NCBI RefSeq assembly: GCF_900083515.1
Contig: NZ_LT671858.1
Coordinates: 750,001-782,000, forward strand
Length of the DNA stretch: 32,000 bases
DNA from: Cuniculiplasma divulgatum
GTDB taxonomy: Archaea > Thermoplasmatota > Thermoplasmata > Thermoplasmatales > Thermoplasmataceae
Reading direction: 5' to 3'
Part shown: piece by piece, positions 14,864-21,956 of the stretch
Numbering within the stretch: the first letter of the stretch is position 1
Layout of the letters: every line of letters starts with the position of its first letter
Position numbers and translations under genes: made by a program
Notes under the pieces: model-generated
What the model was told of the DNA's origin: nothing
The model's input: the letters and a program-made list of their open reading frames with translations, nothing else
Databases searched by the model: none

Positions 14864-15949
14864 TTAAAGATTTCCCCTTCTGGCCTGATCCTTTTCTATG
14901 GACTCAAAAAGTGCCTTGAAATTACCCTTTCCAAAAGACGTCGCACCTTTTCTCTGGATAATCTCATAGAAGAATGTGGGCCTATCACCGGTGGGTTTTG
15001 TGAAAATCTGAAGAAGATAACCATCATCATCCCGATCAACCAGAATATTGAGAGACTTCAGCGTGGCTATATCTTCATCTATTTTGCCAACTCTCTGAGC
15101 CAACTCATCATAATAAGAATCCGGGGCCGATTGGAACTGTATTCCCTCATTCTTCATTTTGGATACGGTTCCAATAATATCATCGGTATGAAGAGCTATA
15201 TGCTGTACACCTGGCATATGATAATAGTCAAGATATTCCTGTATCTGTGATTTCTTCTTTCCTGGGGCAGGTTCATTTATCGGAAAAACTATCTTCCTGT
15301 TGTTATACTGAACAACTTTTGATCTGAGGGCGGTAAACTCTGTACTTATATCCTTATCATCAAAACTTATAAGTGGTTCGAATCCCATTCCATCAACGTA
15401 GTAATCTACCCAGCTATCCATTTTCTTATCCTCTACATTTCCAACTATGTGATCAAATCTCGTAATTCCACTTCCCTTTGTTTCAATCATTTCCACAGGT
15501 TCAAAATTTGGCGGTAACTTTGATTCAAATTCACCATAATCTATAAGGGAGTGAACAGTTTCTCCGTAGGTAAATGCCCTGGCCTTATGAACAGTACCGT
15601 TTTCTGTTTTAATATCCTCCGCTTTCTCATATTTTACAACTTTTCTTTCTCGTAAGTCATTAAGGGCATCATCGAGGCTGTTTACTCTGATGGCTATATC
15701 TTTCACACCGTCACCATGTAATTTAACGTGGTTTGATATAACAGAATCAGGATGAAGTGAATTTGTGACCATGACTTTCACCTTTCCCTGCTCCATAAGG
15801 TAAGATACTTTATCCCTCACCCCTGTCTCTGGTCCACTATAACCTATGATGTTAAAACCCAGTCCAAACTTGTGATAATACGCCCATTGTTTTGCAGATC
15901 CCACATAAAATTCAACATAGTCAACCCTATCCAGAGCCTTTTGTGTCAT
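14864..15949 (-). CDS. hppD: 4-hydroxyphenylpyruvate dioxygenase
   Basis: The C-terminal LLQIFTKPTGDRPTFFYEIIQRKGATSFGKGNFKALFESIEKDQARRGNL is the diagnostic HPPD signature. VQHIALHTDDI is a metal-His block. The ORF is open from a TTG at 15964, but I prefer the ATG at 15949 (MTQKALDRVDYVEFYV). Confidence 0.93.
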   Translation of the reverse strand: MTQKALDRVDYVEFYVGSAKQWAYYHKFGLGFNIIGYSGPETGVRDKVSYLMEQGKVKVMVTNSLHPDSVISNHVKLHGDGVKDIAIRVNSLDDALNDLRERKVVKYEKAEDIKTENGTVHKARAFTYGETVHSLIDYGEFESKLPPNFEPVEMIETKGSGITRFDHIVGNVEDKKMDSWVDYYVDGMGFEPLISFDDKDISTEFTALRSKVVQYNNRKIVFPINEPAPGKKKSQIQEYLDYYHMPGVQHIALHTDDIIGTVSKMKNEGIQFQSAPDSYYDELAQRVGKIDEDIATLKSLNILVDRDDDGYLLQIFTKPTGDRPTFFYEIIQRKGATSFGKGNFKALFESIEKDQARRGNL

Positions 15950-15965
15950 ATCAGATAATAACAAG

Positions 15966-16000
15966 GAGAGTATATGAATATTTTCATAGCATATATTCTC
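15966..16000. repeat. 11-bp inverted repeat (10/11) with 13-nt spacer just upstream of hppD
   Basis: gagagtatatg (15966-15976) pairs with catatattctc (15990-16000); the reverse complement of the first arm is catatactctc. It lies 17-51 nt upstream of the hppD ATG, downstream of a strong A/T box (tttatataaa, about 16038-16047). Candidate operator or 5'-UTR hairpin. Confidence 0.4.
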
Positions 16001-16156
16001 TGAATACGCCTGTTACTCATTCTCACACAACTCGAAGTTTTTATATAAATTTTAATTAAGGTAATATAATTTAAATTGTAACTCATTACATTTGTCAGGT
16101 GACGTAACTCCAAAAAAAAGATAAAGTAGCATGAAACACTTCCAATAATCAAAACA

Positions 16157-16164
16157 TTTTAATA
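16157..16164 (+). promoter_or_regulatory. TATA-box-like element (TTTTAATA) for the pilin-like gene
   Basis: Centred about 28 nt upstream of the ATG at 16188. Confidence 0.3.
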
Positions 16165-16187
16165 CAGATAAAATTTAAGTGTAACAA

Positions 16188-16637
16188 ATGAAGGAAGTTA
16201 TAACTGAAGATAGGGCAGTTTCTCCAATTATTGCTACAATATTGCTTATAGCCATAACTGTCGTTTTAGCAGCGACCCTGATCTCAATACTTTCAACATT
16301 TACAAATTCCTCACACATAGAGGATATAGATTCTTCACTGAGTCTTAGCGGTGTAATAAACAATACAAAAACGAATTCTTATTATCTTAATATCTCGTCT
16401 ACAAGTACTTCCCCATCACTATCGAAAATATTTGTAGAGATATTTGACGGTTCCAGGGTAATATATGATGGTTCACTTGCGCCTGGCACCCACGGTAATA
16501 TAACTATATATACAACTACATCAACATTTTCTCCGCTTAATAATATTGAACTCACACTCAAGGGCAAATATAGTACAATTACAGAGGTAGAACTGATATA
16601 CGCGAGTTCTGTATTTGCAACTGTAACTCCGGTGTAA
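16188..16637 (+). CDS. archaeal type IV pilin-like protein with class III signal peptide (DUF1628-type N-terminus)
   Basis: MKEVITEDRAVSPIIATILLIAITVVLAATLISIL has a short charged leader, an R-A-V-S-P prepilin-peptidase-type site and a hydrophobic helix, as in archaeal pilins/archaellin-like proteins. The S/T-rich body carries N-x-S/T sequons (NSS, NNT, NIS, NIT). Confidence 0.8.
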   Translation: MKEVITEDRAVSPIIATILLIAITVVLAATLISILSTFTNSSHIEDIDSSLSLSGVINNTKTNSYYLNISSTSTSPSLSKIFVEIFDGSRVIYDGSLAPGTHGNITIYTTTSTFSPLNNIELTLKGKYSTITEVELIYASSVFATVTPV

Positions 16638-16640
16638 AGA

Positions 16641-18632
16641 TCATTTTTTCTGTGACTTCAAATAGTTCAGTATACTCTCGAAGTTAACACCATTAAGAAC
16701 ACAGGCTGCTGAGTTGCATAATGAGTATGTGTTTGATTTCAAAGAATCATCACGTTCAAAGTAAACACTGGAGTAGCCTTTTTCGAAAAGGTTTTCACGG
16801 ATTTTAATCAAATCATCTATTTCATTGTAATTTCCCTTAAGGAGAATAGAATTCTTTCTTTCCATTTCGGTTTCCATTCTGAATGTGAAATATGATGGGT
16901 ATTTTGTTATATTCTCCACAGTTTCAGATGTAGATAAATTTATCAATTCATTGTACTGGCCTGCCATATTTGCATAGAGCTGTGTTCTCTCATAAACAGC
17001 AAACTGGGATGGAATGGAAGAGTCTTCCTGAGAATTCAGGGTACCAATGAACGCACTTCTGTTTTCATTCATTATGGTATCCCGCTCAGCATTTAGTTTA
17101 AGGTATAACTGGTCAGCGATCTCTTTTGCATTATCAATTGCCTGATTGTTTGCAGTAGAAAATCCGAATTTAAAGAAGCCCATTGAAAGGAATGCGTAAT
17201 CTGATAGATAACCAGAAATAGTTTTCCCGCTTGGATAAATCAAATGAACACATCTACCATTCTTGACATATTTATTTGAGAGAAAATTGTATAGGTCCTC
17301 TGCGTATTTTAAAAATCGTTTATCGTTGGTTGAAGAAAATGCTTCGCTTAGGGAATATAGAAGGAATCCATTAATGTCTCCACAAATCTTTGTATCCGTT
17401 TGAGGTGGAACCCGTCTCTCCCTTGCATTCTTCAGTTTGCCAAGACTCTGTTTTATCACTTCATCCAGCCAGAAGAATCCATTTTTATTGAATCTTTCAG
17501 TATAATTCTTTTCATTCTCAACGTACAGAATATTTTTTCCATTGGACATTCCCTTCGGCTCTTCAATGTAGTTACCATCTTCACGTACATTGAAGGTTGA
17601 TGCAAATTTAGTGTAGTCTTCTCCCAGCAATCTCATTAATTCTCCGGAGGTCCAGAGGTAGTATTTCCCCTCTACCCCTTCACTATCAGCATCTATGGCA
17701 CTATAATAGCCACCCTCTGGAGATAACATTTTGTCCCTGAGGAACTCCATCTCTTCATTTATTATATCTATATATTGCTTCTTTGACGTTGCGGTGTATA
17801 GTTTAGATAATGCCATTATAAAATTTGCCTGATCATAGAGCATCTTTTCAAAGTGTGGGATCTTCCATCCAAAATCAGTGGCATACCTATGGATACCATT
17901 TCCCACATGGTCATAGATTCCACCCATTCTTATGGCTGCTGCAGTTGTTTCTGCCATTTCAAGGGCTTCATTTGCTTTGTATATATTGTAATAGTTAGAG
18001 AGGAAAGACATTATATGTGATGATGGAAATTTCATGTTTCTACCAAATCCACCATAACTCCTGTCAAATGAGCTTTTAAGCTGATTGTAAGCTAAAGTTT
18101 CCAGATTTTCATTTTTATAATTAGTGGCCTTTGGAATTTTGTTTACTGTTAATTTTTCATTCTCCTCTACCTTTCTAAATATTTCCTCAGGGCTATTAGT
18201 CCATAATTCATGAATACTGTTCAGAAGTTCTATTATTCCTATGGACCCATACCTTGACTCTCTTGGAATATATGTGAATGGAAAGACCGGCTTCAGGTCT
18301 GGAGTAAGAATTATATTCAGTGGCCATCCAGCATTACCCGCGACTCTGTTTGCAAAATCTATGAAATAAGCATCAACATCTGGCATCTCCTCCCGATCAA
18401 CTTTGATACTTACATATTTTTCATTCATTACCTTTGCGACATCATCTCTGCTGAAGCTTTCTTTTTCCATCACATGACACCAGTGACAGGTGGAGTAGCC
18501 TATGCTTAGGAAGATGAGTTTATTATCTTTTTTGGCCTTTTCGAAAGCTTTCTTAGACCAAGGGTACCAGTCAACTGGGTTTGATGCATGTTGAATAAGA
18601 TAAGGGCTTTCTTCATTTTTCAGATGATTCAT
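16641..18632 (-). CDS. thioredoxin-domain protein of the DUF255 / YyaL / SSP411 family (thioredoxin-like N-domain plus six-hairpin glycosidase-like domain)
   Basis: [59 protein letters not shown] is the hallmark of this family. The ORF is open from a TTG at 18665. Homologues typically start M-N-x-L-x-x-E-x-SPYL, so I prefer the ATG at 18632. Confidence 0.9.
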   Translation of the reverse strand: MNHLKNEESPYLIQHASNPVDWYPWSKKAFEKAKKDNKLIFLSIGYSTCHWCHVMEKESFSRDDVAKVMNEKYVSIKVDREEMPDVDAYFIDFANRVAGNAGWPLNIILTPDLKPVFPFTYIPRESRYGSIGIIELLNSIHELWTNSPEEIFRKVEENEKLTVNKIPKATNYKNENLETLAYNQLKSSFDRSYGGFGRNMKFPSSHIMSFLSNYYNIYKANEALEMAETTAAAIRMGGIYDHVGNGIHRYATDFGWKIPHFEKMLYDQANFIMALSKLYTATSKKQYIDIINEEMEFLRDKMLSPEGGYYSAIDADSEGVEGKYYLWTSGELMRLLGEDYTKFASTFNVREDGNYIEEPKGMSNGKNILYVENEKNYTERFNKNGFFWLDEVIKQSLGKLKNARERRVPPQTDTKICGDINGFLLYSLSEAFSSTNDKRFLKYAEDLYNFLSNKYVKNGRCVHLIYPSGKTISGYLSDYAFLSMGFFKFGFSTANNQAIDNAKEIADQLYLKLNAERDTIMNENRSAFIGTLNSQEDSSIPSQFAVYERTQLYANMAGQYNELINLSTSETVENITKYPSYFTFRMETEMERKNSILLKGNYNEIDDLIKIRENLFEKGYSSVYFERDDSLKSNTYSLCNSAACVLNGVNFESILNYLKSQKK
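16644..16649 (+). terminator. T6 tract immediately after the pilin stop, inside the 3' end of the convergent gene
   Basis: The pilin stop TAA is at 16635-16637 and tttttt at 16644-16649. The convergent DUF255 gene stops at 16641-16643, so any + strand terminator must overlap its coding sequence. Confidence 0.3.
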
Positions 18633-18874
18633 GGTACTACTACTCATGTTAACCACATCAATCAAAGATTATTATTATTAATGTATTTTTACAGATTAAA
18701 AACATGATTTTTTCATGCAAAGCCTGTTATGATTCTTTCTAGAATTCTATAATTATTTTCCTCTGGTTTTGAATCTTTCCTCAATTAGAGGTAACGGACT
18801 TTGATGTTATAACTAAGTTTTTCCAGATCGAGCATATTTAATGCCAGGTTAGAATTATGAACAGTATGTAATAT

Positions 18875-18879
18875 GGAGG
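18875..18879 (+). promoter_or_regulatory. Shine-Dalgarno-like GGAGG
   Basis: ggagg lies 10 nt upstream of the ATG at 18890. Confidence 0.4.
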
Positions 18880-18889
18880 AATAAATTGC

Positions 18890-19489
18890 ATGATTAAAAA
18901 TAGAAAAAACATCGCCATACTGGTCAGGCATGGAGAGAGCCTGGCAAATGTTAGAAAAATTGTATCGGAGGATATAGATGGATTCCCCCTTACCGAATTG
19001 GGGGTTAAACAGGCAGTAAAAACTGGAAAATTGCTTGAGTCAATCTCCAGTAGTGTTAATTTATTTATATCAAGCCCAATCATTAGAGCAGTTCAAACTG
19101 GTCTTAACGTAATGAAGAGTATGGGTCTGGAAATGGATGTAATAAGGGATGATCTTCTTACAGAAACAAGATTTGGGAAATACAACAATATTAGCTTTAG
19201 CGAATTTCCTAAGTTTCATAAGAGGGAGTTCGGAATTGAAGCTTTTGAAGATAATGGTAAGAGAATGATGGAAGCCATAAAGAAATATCCCGGGATCAAC
19301 ATCTATTTCTCTCATGCATTGCCAATCAAGGCATTGATATGTAATATTATGGGGCTGGAGGAAGAAGATTCTGGCGGAATCCAGATAGAGAATTCATCAA
19401 TTTCAGTAATAGACGTGGTGGAAAATAAGATTCTGTCAATAGGTTCTCATCATATTTCAGAGAGCCTTATCAATTTTATAAACTCCTGA
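18890..19489 (+). CDS. histidine phosphatase family protein (second paralogue)
   Basis: IAILVRHGESLANV is the RHG motif, and SSPIIRAVQT and YFSHALPIKAL are the later blocks. The 3' end overlaps the convergent MFS gene by 33 nt. Confidence 0.85.
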   Translation: MIKNRKNIAILVRHGESLANVRKIVSEDIDGFPLTELGVKQAVKTGKLLESISSSVNLFISSPIIRAVQTGLNVMKSMGLEMDVIRDDLLTETRFGKYNNISFSEFPKFHKREFGIEAFEDNGKRMMEAIKKYPGINIYFSHALPIKALICNIMGLEEEDSGGIQIENSSISVIDVVENKILSIGSHHISESLINFINS

Positions 19490-20641
19490 ACTGGCAATGA
19501 CAAAAAACAATCCAGCAACAGTTCCTATTATAATTACAGTAGTAAACGATACCGGGAGCAAATAATTTCCTCTAAGAAATAGCAGGAGGGCACCCTCAAG
19601 AATTGCTCCAATTCCATTTCCAGAATACTGAAATGCATAAAATATCCCAAAGGATAGATTTCTTTCTCTATTGCTCAGGACCCCTGCCAGGAGAGGAATT
19701 ATAACAATTTCATATATGGAAAAACCCGTGAAAAATGGTATTAAGGCTATCATATAAAGTATATAATTCAGGTGAAAAATGAGTCCTAAATAGACTGTGG
19801 TTATTCCAACAAAAATAAGAACTGAGGATAGGCCAATTACATTGAATTTTCTAATTCTATAAACACCCTCCGAAATTGTTACTGCTATTATGCCTGAAAT
19901 AAGAACGCTAAGAAATAGAATGAGTCCATACTGAAATAAACCAAAATAGGGAACAGCATAAATTTGAACTGATAAAAATATCATGAAGCTAGCCGAAGAA
20001 AGCAGAAATGCACCAGTATATATGAGATAATCTTTGTGTTTAAGTATAGTTTCATTCATATGCTTTTGATTTACTGTGTGTTTTGTCTCTTTGATTCTGG
20101 TTATAATAAAAATTGCCCCTATCCCTAAAATTGCCGAGATCAGGAAGAAATTTCTTACCCCTATAAATGTGGCAATTAGTGGTGAAAAACCAATTCCTCC
20201 CATGAAAGCAAATCCTATTCCTATTCCTGTTATGGCCATTGCAGTATTCCTTCTGTCTTCAGGAACAGAGTCAATGGCCATAGATGTAATTGGGGTACTT
20301 ATTGCCCCAAGCCCTGCGATAAATCTACCAGTTATAAGAAGCCATATATTATTTCCAGCATAACTCAATATGTTCCCGAGAATAAACAGAGATAATCCTA
20401 AATATATGTAATTCTTCCGTCCTATAATTCTTGATAAGTATCCACTTGGAATTTGCATCACTGCCATGGATATTTCATAAGATGCAAGAGCAAGTCCTAT
20501 AAGTATACCATTTTGTGTAAATTTTGATGCATATACCCCAATTAATGGAATAACGAAGAAGATCCCTGTCAATCTTAAAAACTGCACCAGAGATAGTTCC
20601 GACAATGTTCTGTATTGGTCTTTATTTAACCTGGAAACCAT
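19457..20641 (-). CDS. MFS transporter
   Basis: About 12 TM helices. The loop 2-3 motif GYLSRIIGRKN is MFS signature G..sDr.GRr-like, with a central hydrophilic loop (RIKETKHTVNQKHMNE). Confidence 0.85.
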   Translation of the reverse strand: MVSRLNKDQYRTLSELSLVQFLRLTGIFFVIPLIGVYASKFTQNGILIGLALASYEISMAVMQIPSGYLSRIIGRKNYIYLGLSLFILGNILSYAGNNIWLLITGRFIAGLGAISTPITSMAIDSVPEDRRNTAMAITGIGIGFAFMGGIGFSPLIATFIGVRNFFLISAILGIGAIFIITRIKETKHTVNQKHMNETILKHKDYLIYTGAFLLSSASFMIFLSVQIYAVPYFGLFQYGLILFLSVLISGIIAVTISEGVYRIRKFNVIGLSSVLIFVGITTVYLGLIFHLNYILYMIALIPFFTGFSIYEIVIIPLLAGVLSNRERNLSFGIFYAFQYSGNGIGAILEGALLLFLRGNYLLPVSFTTVIIIGTVAGLFFVIASSGVYKIDKAL

Positions 20642-20642
20642 T

Positions 20643-21104
20643 TTAATCTGAAAGAATCTTTACCTGATTTGATATTAACTCTGAAAGTTGCGAAACAAAT
20701 TTCTCATCTTCCTTAGTGAATGCTCTGGGACTATCTGAATCAATATCAATTTCCCCAACTGGTGAGCCATTGGCTCTCACTGGAACAACAAGCTCAGATT
20801 TAGTTTCAACCGAACAGGCAAGGTATTTAGAATTTGAAGTTACGTCAGGCTCGTTTACAATGTTATTCTGAACAATGGCCTGACTGCAAAGCCCTTCTCC
20901 TATGGATATTTCTTCGTGAATTGTTGGTTTTCCAACATAACTTTCTAGTATCAGCTTATTTTTTCTCAGCACATACACTCCAACCCAGTTGTATTTAGGA
21001 TTATTTTCAGAAATATATTTGCAAAACTGATTAAGCATATCTCTAGCAGTCTTTATTCTTAAAGAATCTACATCTTCTATCTGCTTTTCAAAGCTTATAA
21101 CCAT
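20643..21104 (-). CDS. GAF-domain protein, free methionine-(R)-sulfoxide reductase-like (YebR/fRMsr family)
   Basis: NWVGVYVLRKNKLILESYVGK....ISIGEGLCSQAI....YLACSVETKSELVVPV..NGSPVGEIDIDSDSPRAFTKEDEKFV aligns by eye to E. coli YebR (INWAGFYLL...GVCG...HIACD..S.SEIV.P....G.LDIDS...F..ED). The stop lies 1 nt from the MFS ATG. Confidence 0.75.
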   Translation of the reverse strand: MVISFEKQIEDVDSLRIKTARDMLNQFCKYISENNPKYNWVGVYVLRKNKLILESYVGKPTIHEEISIGEGLCSQAIVQNNIVNEPDVTSNSKYLACSVETKSELVVPVRANGSPVGEIDIDSDSPRAFTKEDEKFVSQLSELISNQVKILSD

Positions 21105-21198
21105 GCCACTGTAATACCGATCGAATTATTAAATTTCATTTCTTCAGTATGGGTTTTATTTTCATTTAGCAACCCAGAATTTTATGGTAACTTAATAT

Positions 21199-21924
21199 TC
21201 ATGCATCTTCTATCTTACACAGGATTATGGTGATATTATCCCTACCGCCATTGTTAAAAGCTGCTTCTTTAAGGTCAGAAATAAGCTGATCAGTTGTCTT
21301 TTGCCTATTGCTTAAGATACTTGATATGAGCTCATCCGATACCATATCTGTCAGCCCATCTGAACTGAGAAGTAATATATCATTTTTATGAAGTTTAATT
21401 GAATCTGCATGTATTACAGGGATGTTGTCAACACCTATACAGGATGTTAAATAACCAGTAAAAGGTTCCCGATGCACCTCACTGAGTATCCTTAGTTTTT
21501 CATCAAAAAGCATTATCTCACTATCTCCGGAATTTGCAAAGGTAATATTTTGTTCATCGAGAACGAAAGTGGAAAGAGTGCTGGCCATATATTCAGAACT
21601 TTTCTTCTTTTTGTTTCTTGATAGCACATAATCATTTGCTTCCAGCATGCACTTTTCGATTGAAGAAATAGATTTTGAGCTAAATGTCTCCGAATTTATT
21701 TCAATCAGCACTGTCTCCATAAAAATATTAACAGAGTCCCTGCTTGCAATTTCTCCATCAGACATGCCACCAACGCCATCAGCCAGGGCGGCTATCAAAA
21801 ATTCTTTTTTATTGTGCCCAGTAAAAGATTCAATTCTTGCACTGTCTTCATTATTATTTCTTATGAGTCCTGTGTCAGTATCTATTGAATATTGAACCGT
21901 AAAAAAGTTGTTTTTGAATATCAC
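21199..21924 (-). CDS. PP2C (PPM) family Ser/Thr protein phosphatase
   Basis: DTGLIRNNNEDS, ALADGVGG, LLSSDGLTDMVSD and NNGGRDNITIILCKI are PPM motifs I, II, VIII and XI. There is no in-frame ATG upstream of motif I, so a GTG start at 21924 is assumed. Confidence 0.88.
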   Translation of the reverse strand: MIFKNNFFTVQYSIDTDTGLIRNNNEDSARIESFTGHNKKEFLIAALADGVGGMSDGEIASRDSVNIFMETVLIEINSETFSSKSISSIEKCMLEANDYVLSRNKKKKSSEYMASTLSTFVLDEQNITFANSGDSEIMLFDEKLRILSEVHREPFTGYLTSCIGVDNIPVIHADSIKLHKNDILLLSSDGLTDMVSDELISSILSNRQKTTDQLISDLKEAAFNNGGRDNITIILCKIEDA

Positions 21925-21956
21925 TTTGAAATAATACTGATATAAATAATAAATCT

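Noticed and set aside
15946-16152. Track ORF of 68 aa on the - strand upstream of and overlapping the hppD start.
   Set aside because: It runs through the A/T-rich promoter spacer. The translation is I/Y/L/K/C-rich (MIIGSVSCYFIFFLELRHLTNVMSYNLNYITLIKIYIK...). It overlaps the hppD start region out of frame. More likely non-coding promoter or 5' UTR.
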